In this document: one piece after another, positions 40,957 to 51,678 of the stretch
Layout: every line of letters starts with the position of its first letter
Numbering within the stretch: position 1 is the first letter of the stretch
Assembly (NCBI GenBank): GCA_963845145.1
Contig: CAWJQU010000003.1
Span: 192,001 to 256,000, forward strand
Length of the DNA stretch: 64,000 nucleotides
Source of the DNA: an uncultured delta proteobacterium
Lineage (GTDB): Bacteria; Desulfobacterota; Desulfobacteria; Desulfobacterales; QNYZ01
Direction of reading: 5' to 3'
Position numbers and translations under genes: made by a program
Notes under the pieces: model-generated
Databases searched by the model: none
What the model was told of the DNA's origin: nothing
What the model saw: only the letters and a program-made list of their open reading frames with translations

Positions 40957-41481
40957 TTAAAAATCATCCATCAACCGGTTATATATTTTTTCCGACAGGC
41001 GAACAGAGAGCTCCCTGATGGCCTCCTGGCGATTGACCTCGGCCACCGTACTGTCAGCCCCAACATCATAATTCTCCCGGGAGGTTATGCCCCGCGTGGT
41101 CCAAACCACCTGCTCCTTTTGATCGATCAGCTTGACATCCACCACCACGACAACCTCCCTCTCTATCGAACCACCCGCTTCGGTCTGGGTAATGGTTCGG
41201 GTCAGAATGGATACGATATTGCCCAGCAGGCGTCCGTCGGCAGTGGTGTCGTCCTTGGCCAGTGATTTTTTCCGACGAATGAGGAATTCATTGGTTAAAT
41301 CATTGGTTAGAATATTTTCAAGACCGATCTCATTGGTCAGATTGTCGAACAACGGAATCGATACGGCCCGAATTCCCCCGGGGATCTCTCCGCCGCCGGG
41401 AAACCGATATCCGCAGGCACAAATTAAAAGGCTTGCAAAGACCAGCAGCCCTATTCGCCAATGATTGGTTATCTTTGTCAT
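40957..41481 (-). CDS. lptE: LPS assembly lipoprotein LptE
   Basis: Lipobox ICACGYRF; downstream of leuS as in the conserved leuS-lptE arrangement. Confidence 0.82.
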   Translation of the reverse strand: MTKITNHWRIGLLVFASLLICACGYRFPGGGEIPGGIRAVSIPLFDNLTNEIGLENILTNDLTNEFLIRRKKSLAKDDTTADGRLLGNIVSILTRTITQTEAGGSIEREVVVVVDVKLIDQKEQVVWTTRGITSRENYDVGADSTVAEVNRQEAIRELSVRLSEKIYNRLMDDF

Positions 41482-41486
41482 CGTGT

Positions 41487-41550
41487 CATCCTTGAAAACA
41501 GGCGATCCATATCCTTAAAACAAGCGACCCCCATCCTTAAAACAGGAGAT
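41487..41550. repeat. Three tandem ~22-bp direct repeats between leuS and lptE
   Basis: CATCCTTGAAAACAGGCGAT / TATCCTTAAAACAAGCGAC / CATCCTTAAAACAGGAGAT. Confidence 0.8.
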
Positions 41551-41571
41551 ACGGCCAGGTACCATATCCGG

Positions 41572-44163
41572 CTATACCACGATATTGACCAGCTTCTTTT
41601 TCACGACAATGGTTTTTTTGACGGATTTATCTTCAATGAATTTTTGGACACGCAGATCGGTTAAAGCCATCTCTTTGAGTTGATCGTCGGTAATATCGGC
41701 CGGCACCGTCACCCGGCTTCTTAGCTTACCGTTTACCTGGAGCACAATGGTCATTTCCTCCTTGACCAGGACCTCTTCTTGGTAAGATGGCCAGGGTGCT
41801 AACAGAACGCTTTCTTGGTGCCCCAAAAACCCCCAAAGCTCTTCGGCAAAATGCGGTACCATGGGTGAAAGCAGAAGAACGATGGATTCAATCGCATGTC
41901 GCATAACCCCGGCACAAGCGCCATCCGTATCATCCGGCTCGACCCCATACGCTGTATTGACAAGCTCCATGACGGCACTAATGGCTGTGTTGAAGTGAAA
42001 GCGGCCTTCAATATCCCGAGTCACTTTTTCGATCGTTTGATGCGTCTTACGATAGACGGCCTTTAGATTATCATTGAGTGATGCCGGGTCTTGACCGTAA
42101 GCTGCCGTTCCCTCAATTTGATCCATCCAGGCATGCATCAAGCGCCAGACGCGATTTAAAAAGCGATAGCTACCTTCCACACCTTCCTCGCGCCACTCCA
42201 GGCTTCTTTCCGGCGGTGCGGCAAAAAGGCAAAAGAGCCGGGTGGTATCCGCCCCATAGCGGGACAGAAGCTCAGCGGGATCCACCACATTCTTTTTCGA
42301 TTTGGACATCTTTTCCACCCGCCCAACTACGGCGGACTTGCCACACTTCCTGCAATGCCTTTCATCGCCGGCCCAGTCGATATCATCAGGGCCTAACCAA
42401 CCGTGGGTGTCGCAACGTGTCGTCTCCTTGCAGACCATTCCCTGGGTAAGCAATCGCGTAAAAGGCTCTCGGAATTCAACCAGTCCTTCCTCTTTCAGGA
42501 CCCTCGTAAAATAGCGTGAATACAATAAATGCAGGATGGCATGCTCGACACCACCGATATATTGATCCACCGGCATCCAATAGCCCACAGCGGCCTTATC
42601 AAACATCCCGCCCTCATAGCGGGGGCTGCAGAATCGCTCGAAATACCAGGAAGATTCGACAAAAGTGTCCATGGTATCGGTATCACGCCGGGCATTTTCG
42701 TTGCCGCATTCCGGACAGCTCGTTTTATAAAAAGATGGCAACTCAGGTAGTGGCGACCGGCCACCGGGTAACAGAGACGCCTCCTCGGGCAGGCGAACCG
42801 GTAAATCGTTGAGTAATACAGGTGTTATACCGCAATCGGGACAATGAACCATGGGGATCGGCGCACCCCAATAGCGCTGTCGGGAGATACCCCAGTCCCG
42901 CAGTCGGTAATTGACTGTCTTGTGTCCCAATCCGTTCTTTTTCAAATGACGGGCGATTTCATCCTGAGCCTGGACATTGGGCTGGCCATCAAATTGGCCG
43001 GAATTGACCATGACCCCTTCTTCGGTATAAGCCGCTTCCATTAATTCCGGGTCGAGATCTTCACTGGGCGGTTTGACGACAACGATAATGTCCAAATCAT
43101 ATTTGCGCGCAAATTCAAAATCCCGCTGATCATGGGCCGGCACGGACATCACCGCCCCTGTGCCATATTCCATCAAGGCAAAATTCGCTGTGTAAATCGG
43201 GATCTTTTTATCCGTCGCAGGGTTGATACACCATGAACCGGTAAAGACCCCTTCTTTCTCGTATTGTTCCATGGCCCGGCTGGAACGCTCCTGCAACGCG
43301 ATCCGGGAAACAAAATCGGCCACAGCCTGTTCCTGGCCGGTTCCCTGGGCCAGTTGGGGGACCAAAGGATGTTCAGGCGCCAGGCACATGAACGTGGCAC
43401 CAAAAAGAGTATCCGGGCGGGTAGTGAAGACAGAAATGGTCAGATCCCGGTCATCCACCGGAAATTGAATCTTGGCGCCATGGCTTTTACCAATCCAGTT
43501 TTTTTGCATGGACACGACTTCTTCGGGCCAGCCAGGCAGTTGGTCGCAATGGGTTAGCAGATCTTCGGCAAAATCAGTAATCCGAAAAAACCACTGGGGG
43601 AGTTTCTTTTGCTGCACCATTTCGCTGCACCGCCAGCAAGCACCGGCCTCTACCTGCTCATTGGCAAGTACGGTCTGACAGGAATCGCACCAGTTGACGA
43701 AGGATTCTTTTCGATAGACCATCCCCTTTTCGTACATCTTTATAAACAGCCACTGCTCCCAGCGATAGTATTCCGGGCGACATGTAGCGATCTCCCGATC
43801 CCAGTCATAACTGAGCCCCAGCTGTTTCAATTGCGACCGCATGGCATCGATATTATCGTAGGTCCACCGGGCGGGATGGGTATCGTTGGCGATGGCGGCA
43901 TTTTCCGCCGGCATTCCAAAAGCATCCCAGCCCATGGGGTGCAAAACATTGAACCCCCGCATGCGTTTATAACGGGCAATCACATCCCCGATGGCGTAAT
44001 TGCGGACATGTCCCATGTGAATCTTTCCGGATGGATACGGAAACATCTCCAGGACATAATACTTCTCCTGCCTTGGATCATCGGTGACCCGAAACAGGCC
44101 CGAATCTTCCCAGCTAGCGCGCCATTTCTTTTCAATGATTTGGTGATTGTAGGTTGCTTCCAT
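41572..44163 (-). CDS. leuS: Leucine--tRNA ligase
   Basis: [39 protein letters not shown]. Confidence 0.98.
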   Translation of the reverse strand: MEATYNHQIIEKKWRASWEDSGLFRVTDDPRQEKYYVLEMFPYPSGKIHMGHVRNYAIGDVIARYKRMRGFNVLHPMGWDAFGMPAENAAIANDTHPARWTYDNIDAMRSQLKQLGLSYDWDREIATCRPEYYRWEQWLFIKMYEKGMVYRKESFVNWCDSCQTVLANEQVEAGACWRCSEMVQQKKLPQWFFRITDFAEDLLTHCDQLPGWPEEVVSMQKNWIGKSHGAKIQFPVDDRDLTISVFTTRPDTLFGATFMCLAPEHPLVPQLAQGTGQEQAVADFVSRIALQERSSRAMEQYEKEGVFTGSWCINPATDKKIPIYTANFALMEYGTGAVMSVPAHDQRDFEFARKYDLDIIVVVKPPSEDLDPELMEAAYTEEGVMVNSGQFDGQPNVQAQDEIARHLKKNGLGHKTVNYRLRDWGISRQRYWGAPIPMVHCPDCGITPVLLNDLPVRLPEEASLLPGGRSPLPELPSFYKTSCPECGNENARRDTDTMDTFVESSWYFERFCSPRYEGGMFDKAAVGYWMPVDQYIGGVEHAILHLLYSRYFTRVLKEEGLVEFREPFTRLLTQGMVCKETTRCDTHGWLGPDDIDWAGDERHCRKCGKSAVVGRVEKMSKSKKNVVDPAELLSRYGADTTRLFCLFAAPPERSLEWREEGVEGSYRFLNRVWRLMHAWMDQIEGTAAYGQDPASLNDNLKAVYRKTHQTIEKVTRDIEGRFHFNTAISAVMELVNTAYGVEPDDTDGACAGVMRHAIESIVLLLSPMVPHFAEELWGFLGHQESVLLAPWPSYQEEVLVKEEMTIVLQVNGKLRSRVTVPADITDDQLKEMALTDLRVQKFIEDKSVKKTIVVKKKLVNIVV

Positions 44164-44556
44164 TTGGCGTCTTCTTTTTAAGTAAAAACCTTGTTAAACC
44201 CATCAAAACCCAACGTTTGTCTATGCCCGCAGACGTCAGGTCGTTTTGGGCCGTTTATGCCACATGGGATTCTAAATAGCAAGCAGACGATTCAGGATCA
44301 CAGGCCGAAATATAGAAATCATTTGACTTGTTTGCCACATTTACCTATTTTTAATGGCTAGCGGTTTTATAACGAGTTTAATATCCGTTTCGCGCTTCAC
44401 CTCATGCTTGCGGTAGTGTAACTTTTCGTAATTTTAATAAACGCTATACGGGTTCGTCACCGCTTAAGCTTCTTATAAATCCGGCTAAAAAATGGACTTT
44501 CGTGCGGTTTCGTCTACCATTACAGGATTAACTTCAAATATTGTGGAAATTTGACT

Positions 44557-46014
44557 ATGAGCAAAATCTTGATCAATGCTGTTGATTCGGAAGAGTGCCG
44601 AATCGCCAAGGTCATGGATGGACATTTAGAAGAGTTTCATATTGAAAATACCGGCCGACAGATCACCCATGGCAATATCTTCAAAGCCATTGTCACCCGG
44701 GTTGAACCGAGCCTGCAGGCCGCCTTTGTCGACTATGGCGGCCCCAGACACGGTTTTTTACAAAAAAATGAAATTCACAGCGATTACTTCCTTGAAGAAA
44801 TGGGAGATCAGCGTTCCATCAAATTTATGATCAAACGTGGGCAGGAATTGCTGGTTCAGATAACCAAAGACCCGGAGAACACAAAAGGGGCTATGCTGAC
44901 CACCTTCATCTCTCTCCCGGGAAGATACATGGTGCTGATGCCGGGAAGTGAAACTAAGGGAATCTCACGCAAAATCGAAGGTGAGGAAGAGCGGCGGCGG
45001 CTGAAACAGATTATCGGTACCTTAAAGGTGCCCGACGGTTATGGCCTGATTATCCGGACAGCCGGAGAAGGGTGCGCCAAAACAGTAATTTCGAATGATT
45101 TTCGCTATTTGATGCGGCTGTGGAAAAGCATCAAGGACAATGTCATGAATGTCCAGGCACCGGCTCTTTTATACCAGGAACGCAATCTGGTGGAGCGCTC
45201 CCTGAGAGACTATTTTACCCCTGACATCGCTGAAGTACTCATTGACGATGAAGCGTCATTCAAACAAGCCAAACAGTTCATGCAGATCATCTCCCCCAAG
45301 CAGGGACGGATCGTCAAGCACTATAAAGGGACGAAACCGATATTCTCTAAATACGAATTAGAGACCCAGATTGAAAAAATCTTCGAAAACCGGGTGCCGT
45401 TAAAATCCGGCGGTTCAATCGTTATCGACCCCACCGAAGCACTGGTAGCCATCGATGTAAACTCAGGCAAGGCGACTTCGGCGAATTCCATTGAAAAAAC
45501 CGCCTATCAGACCAATCTCGAAGCAGCGGAAGAGATCGCGCGCCAATTACGCTTACGTGATTTGGGCGGACTCATCGTGCTTGATTTCATCGACATGAAA
45601 GATCAAAAGCATCGGCGCCAGGTGGAACAACAATTAAAGAAACACCTCAAAAAGGATAAAGCCAAATCGAGTGTGGGCCGAATATCGCGGTTCGGATTGC
45701 TGGAGATGTCCCGCCAACGCCTGCGCCCTTCGATTCGGTTCGGTAGCTATGAGAGCTGTCCCTACTGCCACGGAAAAGGCTCGGTGCCCTCGGTGGAAAT
45801 CCTGGGAATAAAATTTTTAAGAGAATTGAGTTTAAAAACGCTTAAAAACGATGCCGCCCACATTCGTGGCGTGGTTCCCAGGGAAGTGGCTGATTACCTT
45901 TTAAATAAAAAAAGAAAAGAAATTATTGATCTCGAAGGCCGGCGGAACATTGAAGTGACCATCGAAGCCAACGAGCGAATGGTTCCCGGGGAAAGTGAAA
46001 TTGTTCGTGTTTAA
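44557..46014 (+). CDS. Ribonuclease E/G family endoribonuclease (short form)
   Basis: S1 domain VEPSLQAAFVDYG, IDVNSG, LRLRDLGGLIVLDFIDM, CPYCHG; no long C-terminal scaffold. Confidence 0.93.
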   Translation: MSKILINAVDSEECRIAKVMDGHLEEFHIENTGRQITHGNIFKAIVTRVEPSLQAAFVDYGGPRHGFLQKNEIHSDYFLEEMGDQRSIKFMIKRGQELLVQITKDPENTKGAMLTTFISLPGRYMVLMPGSETKGISRKIEGEEERRRLKQIIGTLKVPDGYGLIIRTAGEGCAKTVISNDFRYLMRLWKSIKDNVMNVQAPALLYQERNLVERSLRDYFTPDIAEVLIDDEASFKQAKQFMQIISPKQGRIVKHYKGTKPIFSKYELETQIEKIFENRVPLKSGGSIVIDPTEALVAIDVNSGKATSANSIEKTAYQTNLEAAEEIARQLRLRDLGGLIVLDFIDMKDQKHRRQVEQQLKKHLKKDKAKSSVGRISRFGLLEMSRQRLRPSIRFGSYESCPYCHGKGSVPSVEILGIKFLRELSLKTLKNDAAHIRGVVPREVADYLLNKKRKEIIDLEGRRNIEVTIEANERMVPGESEIVRV

Positions 46015-46067
46015 TTCCAGATAATGAAAAAATCGGCCAACCCAACCATCCTTTAAAAGGAGGGGCC

Positions 46068-47175
46068 ATGTCCAGCCAAAATAAAAGCGACCGAACCCGG
46101 GCGATTCTTGCCGTTCTTGCGCTCCTTATCTTAATTGTTGTGGCGGTCTTTTTCGGTTTAAAGTGGATGGATAAAAATTCGCTGGGTGACCGGCAGCCTG
46201 ACGTCAACAAACAGGAACCGACGGCAGGTATCATCAACAAATTACCGATTGGGGAAAAGCCATCCATCGACTACGCCGATAGCCAGGATTTGATGGACAA
46301 ACGCAAAGCCGAGCTGAGGGTTGGATAAAGGCGTGGATATGATCGTGCGCCCGGGCGAAACGATAAAAATAGGAGATGCCCTCGTTTCGGTGGATGAAAT
46401 CCTGGATAAAATCCGATTGAAAACCGGTGCAATCGATGAACGGGATATCGGTAACTCGGCGACCGCCGGAACGGCCCGGCGGGCGGTCAAACTTCCCTCT
46501 GCGTTGGATAAATTAAAAGCGTTGAGCGAAGAATTTGCCGACCTTGATAGACAATTGACAGATTCGACGACTGCGGCCGATCCTGTGAAAGAGCAGCAGA
46601 TTCGTAAGCGGCAAACCGAGATCGCAGGCATGGTCGACCTTTATCGGCGTTATCAGGATGTACTCGAGACGCTGAAAAAAACAAGGACCGACCTGGATAC
46701 GGCCCAAGGCGAACAAGCCACTGTTTTGTCTCAAAAACTCGATGCGTTAAAAAAGGATCTGACGGTTTTGGAAGATCTGATCCTGGCAAGTATCGGTACC
46801 GAGCAGGATCTGGACGCTTATGGAATTTATGTGGTTAGGCCCAAAGACAACATCTGGAATATCCATTTTCAGTTTTTAAGGGACTATTTTACGCACAAGG
46901 GTGTCATCCTGTCACCCGTGGCCGACGAGCCGTCAACCGCGGGAGAGAGTTCCGGGGTAGGCCGCTTGCTTAAATTTTCGGAAACGATGGTTCATATTTA
47001 TAATGTTCGCGAAAAAACGCTGGATTCGGATTTACATCTGATTCAGCCCTTGACCAAAATCGTTGTCTTCAACCTGGGCAGGGTGTTTGCTATGTTGGAA
47101 AGTCTGGATTACAGTGAAGTCAGCCGCATCCGATTTGACGGTGAAACATTGTGGCTGCCTGCCCGAGATCAATGA
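46068..47175 (+). pseudogene. Membrane-anchored hypothetical protein with a LysM-like motif, apparently split by a frameshift at about 46317
   Basis: ORF 46068-46328 (RBS, TM anchor) and ORF 46321-47175 join as ...RKAELGLDKGVDM... if A46317 is removed; YVVRPKDNIWNI is LysM-like. Confidence 0.6.
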
Positions 47176-47341
47176 CCCTATATCAAGGATCAGTTAGATA
47201 GTGCCCGTAATAAACGGCATCTTTTTAACCCGAATCTTACCATTTGACGGCGTCATTGTTTTCAAGTATAACCGCGCCATTTTAACCACGATCCAAAAAT
47301 GAACCGCATTTTTGTGTTGAACAGATAAGGAGGGTATAATT

Positions 47342-47704
47342 TTGATTGGTATCGCCTATGCAATGGGTCAAGGAGGCGCTCCGGGCGCCCAGGGGGCCGG
47401 TGGTTTCGGGGCGTTTGTCCCCCTGATTTTAATGTTTGTCATTTTTTATTTTTTGTTGATCAGACCCCAGCAGAAAAAGTCTAAAGAGCACCGAGAAATG
47501 GTCAGCAACCTGAGAAAAGGGGATCGGATCATCACTTCCGGTGGTATTTACGGACGTATAACGGCTCTTTCAGATGCCATTCTGACCATCGAAATTTCCG
47601 ACCGGGTACGCGTGAAGCTCAACCGGGCCAACGTCGCGGGCATGGCCCAGCCGGCAACACCGCCCCCAGCGAAGAAGAAAAAGGAACCTGCTGAGACAAA
47701 ATAG
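47342..47704 (+). CDS. yajC: Preprotein translocase subunit YajC
   Basis: IFYFLLIRPQQKK, LRKGDRIITSGGIYG. Confidence 0.96.
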   Translation: MIGIAYAMGQGGAPGAQGAGGFGAFVPLILMFVIFYFLLIRPQQKKSKEHREMVSNLRKGDRIITSGGIYGRITALSDAILTIEISDRVRVKLNRANVAGMAQPATPPPAKKKKEPAETK

Positions 47705-47841
47705 CCGGTTTACCGGATAGCCCCGGATGATTATCATGCCAGATACCGAATCAGGCATAGAGAACCTGGGGCTTTCATTTATCTTGGGATCGGTCTTTGT
47801 ATTTTGGCCCGAATCGTTGGTAAAACGAAAGGAAGCGCAAG

Positions 47842-49410
47842 TTGAAAAAGATATCGTGGCGAACGATCAGCGTTTTGGCGGTCATTGTCCTGGCGCTGGT
47901 ATATGTCCTGCCAACACTCAATCCAAATTTTTGGCCTCACAAACAGATCAATCTCGGGTTGGACCTTCAAGGGGGCATGCACCTCGTCCTGGAGGTTGAA
48001 ACGGATAAGGCTGTTTTAAACCGAATTGAGCGTATCGGTCAGGATCTGCGACGCCAAATGAAAACGGATGGAATCCAGTATTCGGGGCTTGAGTTCACTG
48101 ACCCCACCCGCCTGATGGTCACACTGAAAAGCCCGGAAGACAAAAAGCAATTCGATACCATGCTCGGCGAACAATTCCGGGACCTTCGCAAAAAAGAGGG
48201 CAATCAACCATCAACGGTGATTCTTGATCTGAAGGATGAGGAGAGCGAATCGATCAAACGCTTGGCCGTAGATCAGGCTCTGGAAACGATTCGCAATCGT
48301 ATCGACCAGTTCGGGGTATCTGAGCCGGACATTCGCCGCCAGGGTGAAAAGCGGATTCTGATCCAGCTGCCGGGTGTCAGCGATACCCAACGGGCCAAAG
48401 ACCTTATCGGCAAAACCGCTCAACTGGAATTTAAGCTGCTGGATGAAACCCACGACTTAGACGCGGCCCTTAAGGGACGAGTCCCGGCAGGCAGCCAAAT
48501 TCTGTATCAAATTGAGGAAGATCCCGATACCAATCAGCCTAAGAAAACGCCTTACCTGATTAAAAAAAGGACCCTGCTGACGGGTGCCCGGTTGAAAGAC
48601 GCACGCGTTCAGATCGATTCCAGGTATAATGAACCGTATGTGGGGATTGAATTCGACCGCAAGGGGGGGCGCATCTTTGCAAAAATTACCGAAGAGAATG
48701 TGAACAAGCGTCTGGCCATTGTGCTGGACAACAAAGTCTATTCGGCCCCCACCATTCAGGAAAAAATTGGCGGTGGGCAGGCACGAATCACCGGTCGTTT
48801 CTCGGCCGAGGAAGCCAGGGACCTGGCCATTGTACTCCGTGCCGGTGCCCTACCCGCGCCGGTAAAAATTCTTGAAGAACGAACCGTAGGGCCGTCTTTA
48901 GGCGCCGATTCCATAAGACTTGGTGTTCTATCCATGGTCGTGGGGGGCGTCCTGGTGATCTTGTTTATGATTGTTTACTACAGCCTGGCCGGTGTCATTG
49001 CCGACGTGGCGCTTTTGGTTAACATCATCATTATGGCAGCTGGGTTGGCCGCCTTTGGGGCAACCCTCACTTTGCCCGGAATCGCCGGGTTTATTCTGAC
49101 TATCGGTATCGCTGTGGATGCCAATGTACTGATCTTTGAGCGAATCAGGGAAGAGATGCGTCTGGGTAAAACCCCCCGGGCCTCAGTGGAAGCCGGGTAT
49201 AGTCGGGCCACCCTGACCATTGTGGACGCTAACATTACCACCCTCATCGCCGCGTTGGTGCTGTTTCAATTCGGTACCGGAGCGATTAAAGGATTTGCCG
49301 TTACGTTGAGTATGGGGGTGTTGGCCAGTCTGTTTACCTCCTTGATCTTAACGCGCACCATTATTGACTATCTCTTGATCAACCGTAAAATGAAAAATCT
49401 GCGTATCTGA
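47842..49410 (+). CDS. secD: Protein translocase subunit SecD
   Basis: LGLDLQGG, RIDQFGVSEP, LRAGALPAP, AVDANVLIFERIREE. Confidence 0.97.
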   Translation: MKKISWRTISVLAVIVLALVYVLPTLNPNFWPHKQINLGLDLQGGMHLVLEVETDKAVLNRIERIGQDLRRQMKTDGIQYSGLEFTDPTRLMVTLKSPEDKKQFDTMLGEQFRDLRKKEGNQPSTVILDLKDEESESIKRLAVDQALETIRNRIDQFGVSEPDIRRQGEKRILIQLPGVSDTQRAKDLIGKTAQLEFKLLDETHDLDAALKGRVPAGSQILYQIEEDPDTNQPKKTPYLIKKRTLLTGARLKDARVQIDSRYNEPYVGIEFDRKGGRIFAKITEENVNKRLAIVLDNKVYSAPTIQEKIGGGQARITGRFSAEEARDLAIVLRAGALPAPVKILEERTVGPSLGADSIRLGVLSMVVGGVLVILFMIVYYSLAGVIADVALLVNIIIMAAGLAAFGATLTLPGIAGFILTIGIAVDANVLIFERIREEMRLGKTPRASVEAGYSRATLTIVDANITTLIAALVLFQFGTGAIKGFAVTLSMGVLASLFTSLILTRTIIDYLLINRKMKNLRI

Positions 49411-49424
49411 CAGGACTGAAATTC

Positions 49425-50462
49425 ATGCAATTCATCAAATCCGACACCAACATCGATTTTATTGGAAAACGTAAAATCGCCTTTGTCTTTTCATGCATTC
49501 TGATTGTTGCCAGCATCGGATCATTGATCGTTCATGGCGGCCCCCGCTACGGGATCGATTTTGCCGGGGGAACACTGGTCCAGGTCAAATTTAACCAACA
49601 GACTGAAACCAATGCCATCAAATCCGGGTTAGCCGCTATTGAAATGGGAAATGCATCCGTTCAATCCTTTGGCACCTCAGATGACAACGAATATTTGATC
49701 CGCACCGACAATCCGGTGGCCACCAATGAGGGTTTTACCGGTAAACTGCAGGCAAGCCTTAAATCCGCAACCGGCGCCGATGTTGAAATCCAACGGGTTG
49801 AGATGGTGGGCCCCCAAGTTGGTCGCGACCTGCAACATAAAGCGTTGATGGCCATGTTTTTTGCCCTGCTGTTTATCACCGTTTACATATCCGGACGGTT
49901 TGAGTTAAAATGGCTGTTAAGCGGGGTGGTGGCCGGCACTTTAATGACCGTGGTCTATTTTTTATCTTTGTTTGAGGTCGGCATTGCCGTTTTAATTGTG
50001 GCCGCTCTGATCGTCAGCCTGATTGTATTCTGGTTTCTCCAATTAAAATTTGCCATGGGCGCCATTCTGGCTTTAATCCACGATATCACTATCACGGTAG
50101 GGCTTTTTTCCATTTTTAATAAGGAATTCACCCTTCCCATCATTGCAGCCCTATTAACGATCATCGGTTACTCCTTAAACGATACCATCATCGTATTTGA
50201 TCGAATTCGTGAAAATGCCGGCAAAAACCGTAAATCGATGTTACCCGGCATCATTAATAAAAGCATCAATCAAACCCTGGGGCGTACGATCCTAACCTCC
50301 CTGACCACCCTCTTTGTGGTCGTTACCCTGTTCTTGCTTGGGGGCGGCATCATACACGACTTTGCATTTGCATTGATTGTCGGGGTCCTCATCGGAACCT
50401 ATTCATCCATTTTCGTGGCGAGCCCGATCCTGCTGGCATGGCAGGGCCCAAAAAATAAATAA
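49425..50462 (+). CDS. secF: Protein translocase subunit SecF
   Basis: GIDFAGG, VGPQVG, IGYSLNDTIIVFDRIRE, GTYSSIFVASP. Confidence 0.97.
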   Translation: MQFIKSDTNIDFIGKRKIAFVFSCILIVASIGSLIVHGGPRYGIDFAGGTLVQVKFNQQTETNAIKSGLAAIEMGNASVQSFGTSDDNEYLIRTDNPVATNEGFTGKLQASLKSATGADVEIQRVEMVGPQVGRDLQHKALMAMFFALLFITVYISGRFELKWLLSGVVAGTLMTVVYFLSLFEVGIAVLIVAALIVSLIVFWFLQLKFAMGAILALIHDITITVGLFSIFNKEFTLPIIAALLTIIGYSLNDTIIVFDRIRENAGKNRKSMLPGIINKSINQTLGRTILTSLTTLFVVVTLFLLGGGIIHDFAFALIVGVLIGTYSSIFVASPILLAWQGPKNK

Positions 50463-50474
50463 TCGACCGCCACT

Positions 50475-51608
50475 GTGGTGTCACCTCCGAAAACAAACAT
50501 TGACGTATGGGCTGGCTGGATTGCGCTAAAAGCGGTACCGGGAATCGGCGATCGGCTTTACCGACGTTTGATTAAAAAGTTCCAAACCCCATCGGTCGTG
50601 TTTCAAAAGGCGCGCGAGACGCCCAATCAATTACATGAGATCCCCGGTATCTCGGCCGGGCTCATCAGCGCCATTGCGCGTGGTAAAAAAACCGCAGCTA
50701 TTATTCGCGAAATTGAGCGCGTTGAAAAGATGGGCTTTCGCCTGGTCACGATGGCCGACCCTGACTACCCACCCATGCTGCTTGAAATACCCGACCCGCC
50801 CCCTTATCTTTACTTGGCGGGAACGCTTCCCCAAACCATAAAGCAGATCGCCATCGTCGGTTCGCGCAATGCCACCACATATGGCATCGAAACAACGCGG
50901 AAACTAAGCGCCGATTTAACCGCTCGTGATGCCGTTGTCATTAGTGGTATGGCGCTGGGAATAGACACCGCGGCCCACGAAGGGGCCCTGATGGACAATG
51001 GTAAAACCGTTGCCGTGCTGGGAAGTGGCTTGTTGAAAATATATCCGGCACGAAATCGGGGATTATTTGATCGAATTGTTGAAAACGGGGCGGTTATTTC
51101 CGAATTCCCCTTGAACGCAGGACCGGAGGCTCACCATTTTCCCAAACGCAATCGCATTATCAGCGGCATGTCCTTGGGCACTGTTGTGGTGGAAGCCACC
51201 CGACGCAGCGGGTCACTCATAACAGCCAGATTGGCCGCCGAACAAAATCGCGATGTGTTTGCGGTACCCGGGAGCATTCAGTCCTTCAAAAGCACCGGCA
51301 CCCACACGCTTATCAAACAGGGTGCCAAGCTGGTTGAGAATGTTCAGGATGTCCTTGAAGAATTTCCCCGGTTTTTCGACACGACATCGAACCGGTCCCC
51401 CCAGGCCAAAGTCCAAATAGATTTAAATCGGGACCAACAGGCAGTCTTTGATGTATTAAGCGCCTATCCCATTCATATCGATGACCTGGCCAGACAAACC
51501 GGAATGGATGCCGGCCGACTCGCCGGTCTACTGATGCAGATGGAATTATCGGGAGTCGTATCCCAGGCACCAGGAAAAATGTTTACCCGGCATATGGACT
51601 TTTGCTAA
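50475..51608 (+). CDS. dprA: DNA-processing protein DprA
   Basis: AIVGSR, SGMALGID.AAH, FPKRNRIISG, SGSLITA, C-terminal winged helix; dprA-topA synteny. Confidence 0.96.
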   Translation: MVSPPKTNIDVWAGWIALKAVPGIGDRLYRRLIKKFQTPSVVFQKARETPNQLHEIPGISAGLISAIARGKKTAAIIREIERVEKMGFRLVTMADPDYPPMLLEIPDPPPYLYLAGTLPQTIKQIAIVGSRNATTYGIETTRKLSADLTARDAVVISGMALGIDTAAHEGALMDNGKTVAVLGSGLLKIYPARNRGLFDRIVENGAVISEFPLNAGPEAHHFPKRNRIISGMSLGTVVVEATRRSGSLITARLAAEQNRDVFAVPGSIQSFKSTGTHTLIKQGAKLVENVQDVLEEFPRFFDTTSNRSPQAKVQIDLNRDQQAVFDVLSAYPIHIDDLARQTGMDAGRLAGLLMQMELSGVVSQAPGKMFTRHMDFC

Positions 51609-51678
51609 TGGCGACTGATATAGCCTTCATGGCTACAGCAATATGGACGCACACATACGAATTCAGTAAGGAGCTATT

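Noticed and set aside
41487..41550. Possible mini-CRISPR array
   Set aside because: Repeats are degenerate and nearly contiguous with no spacers; no cas genes in the window.
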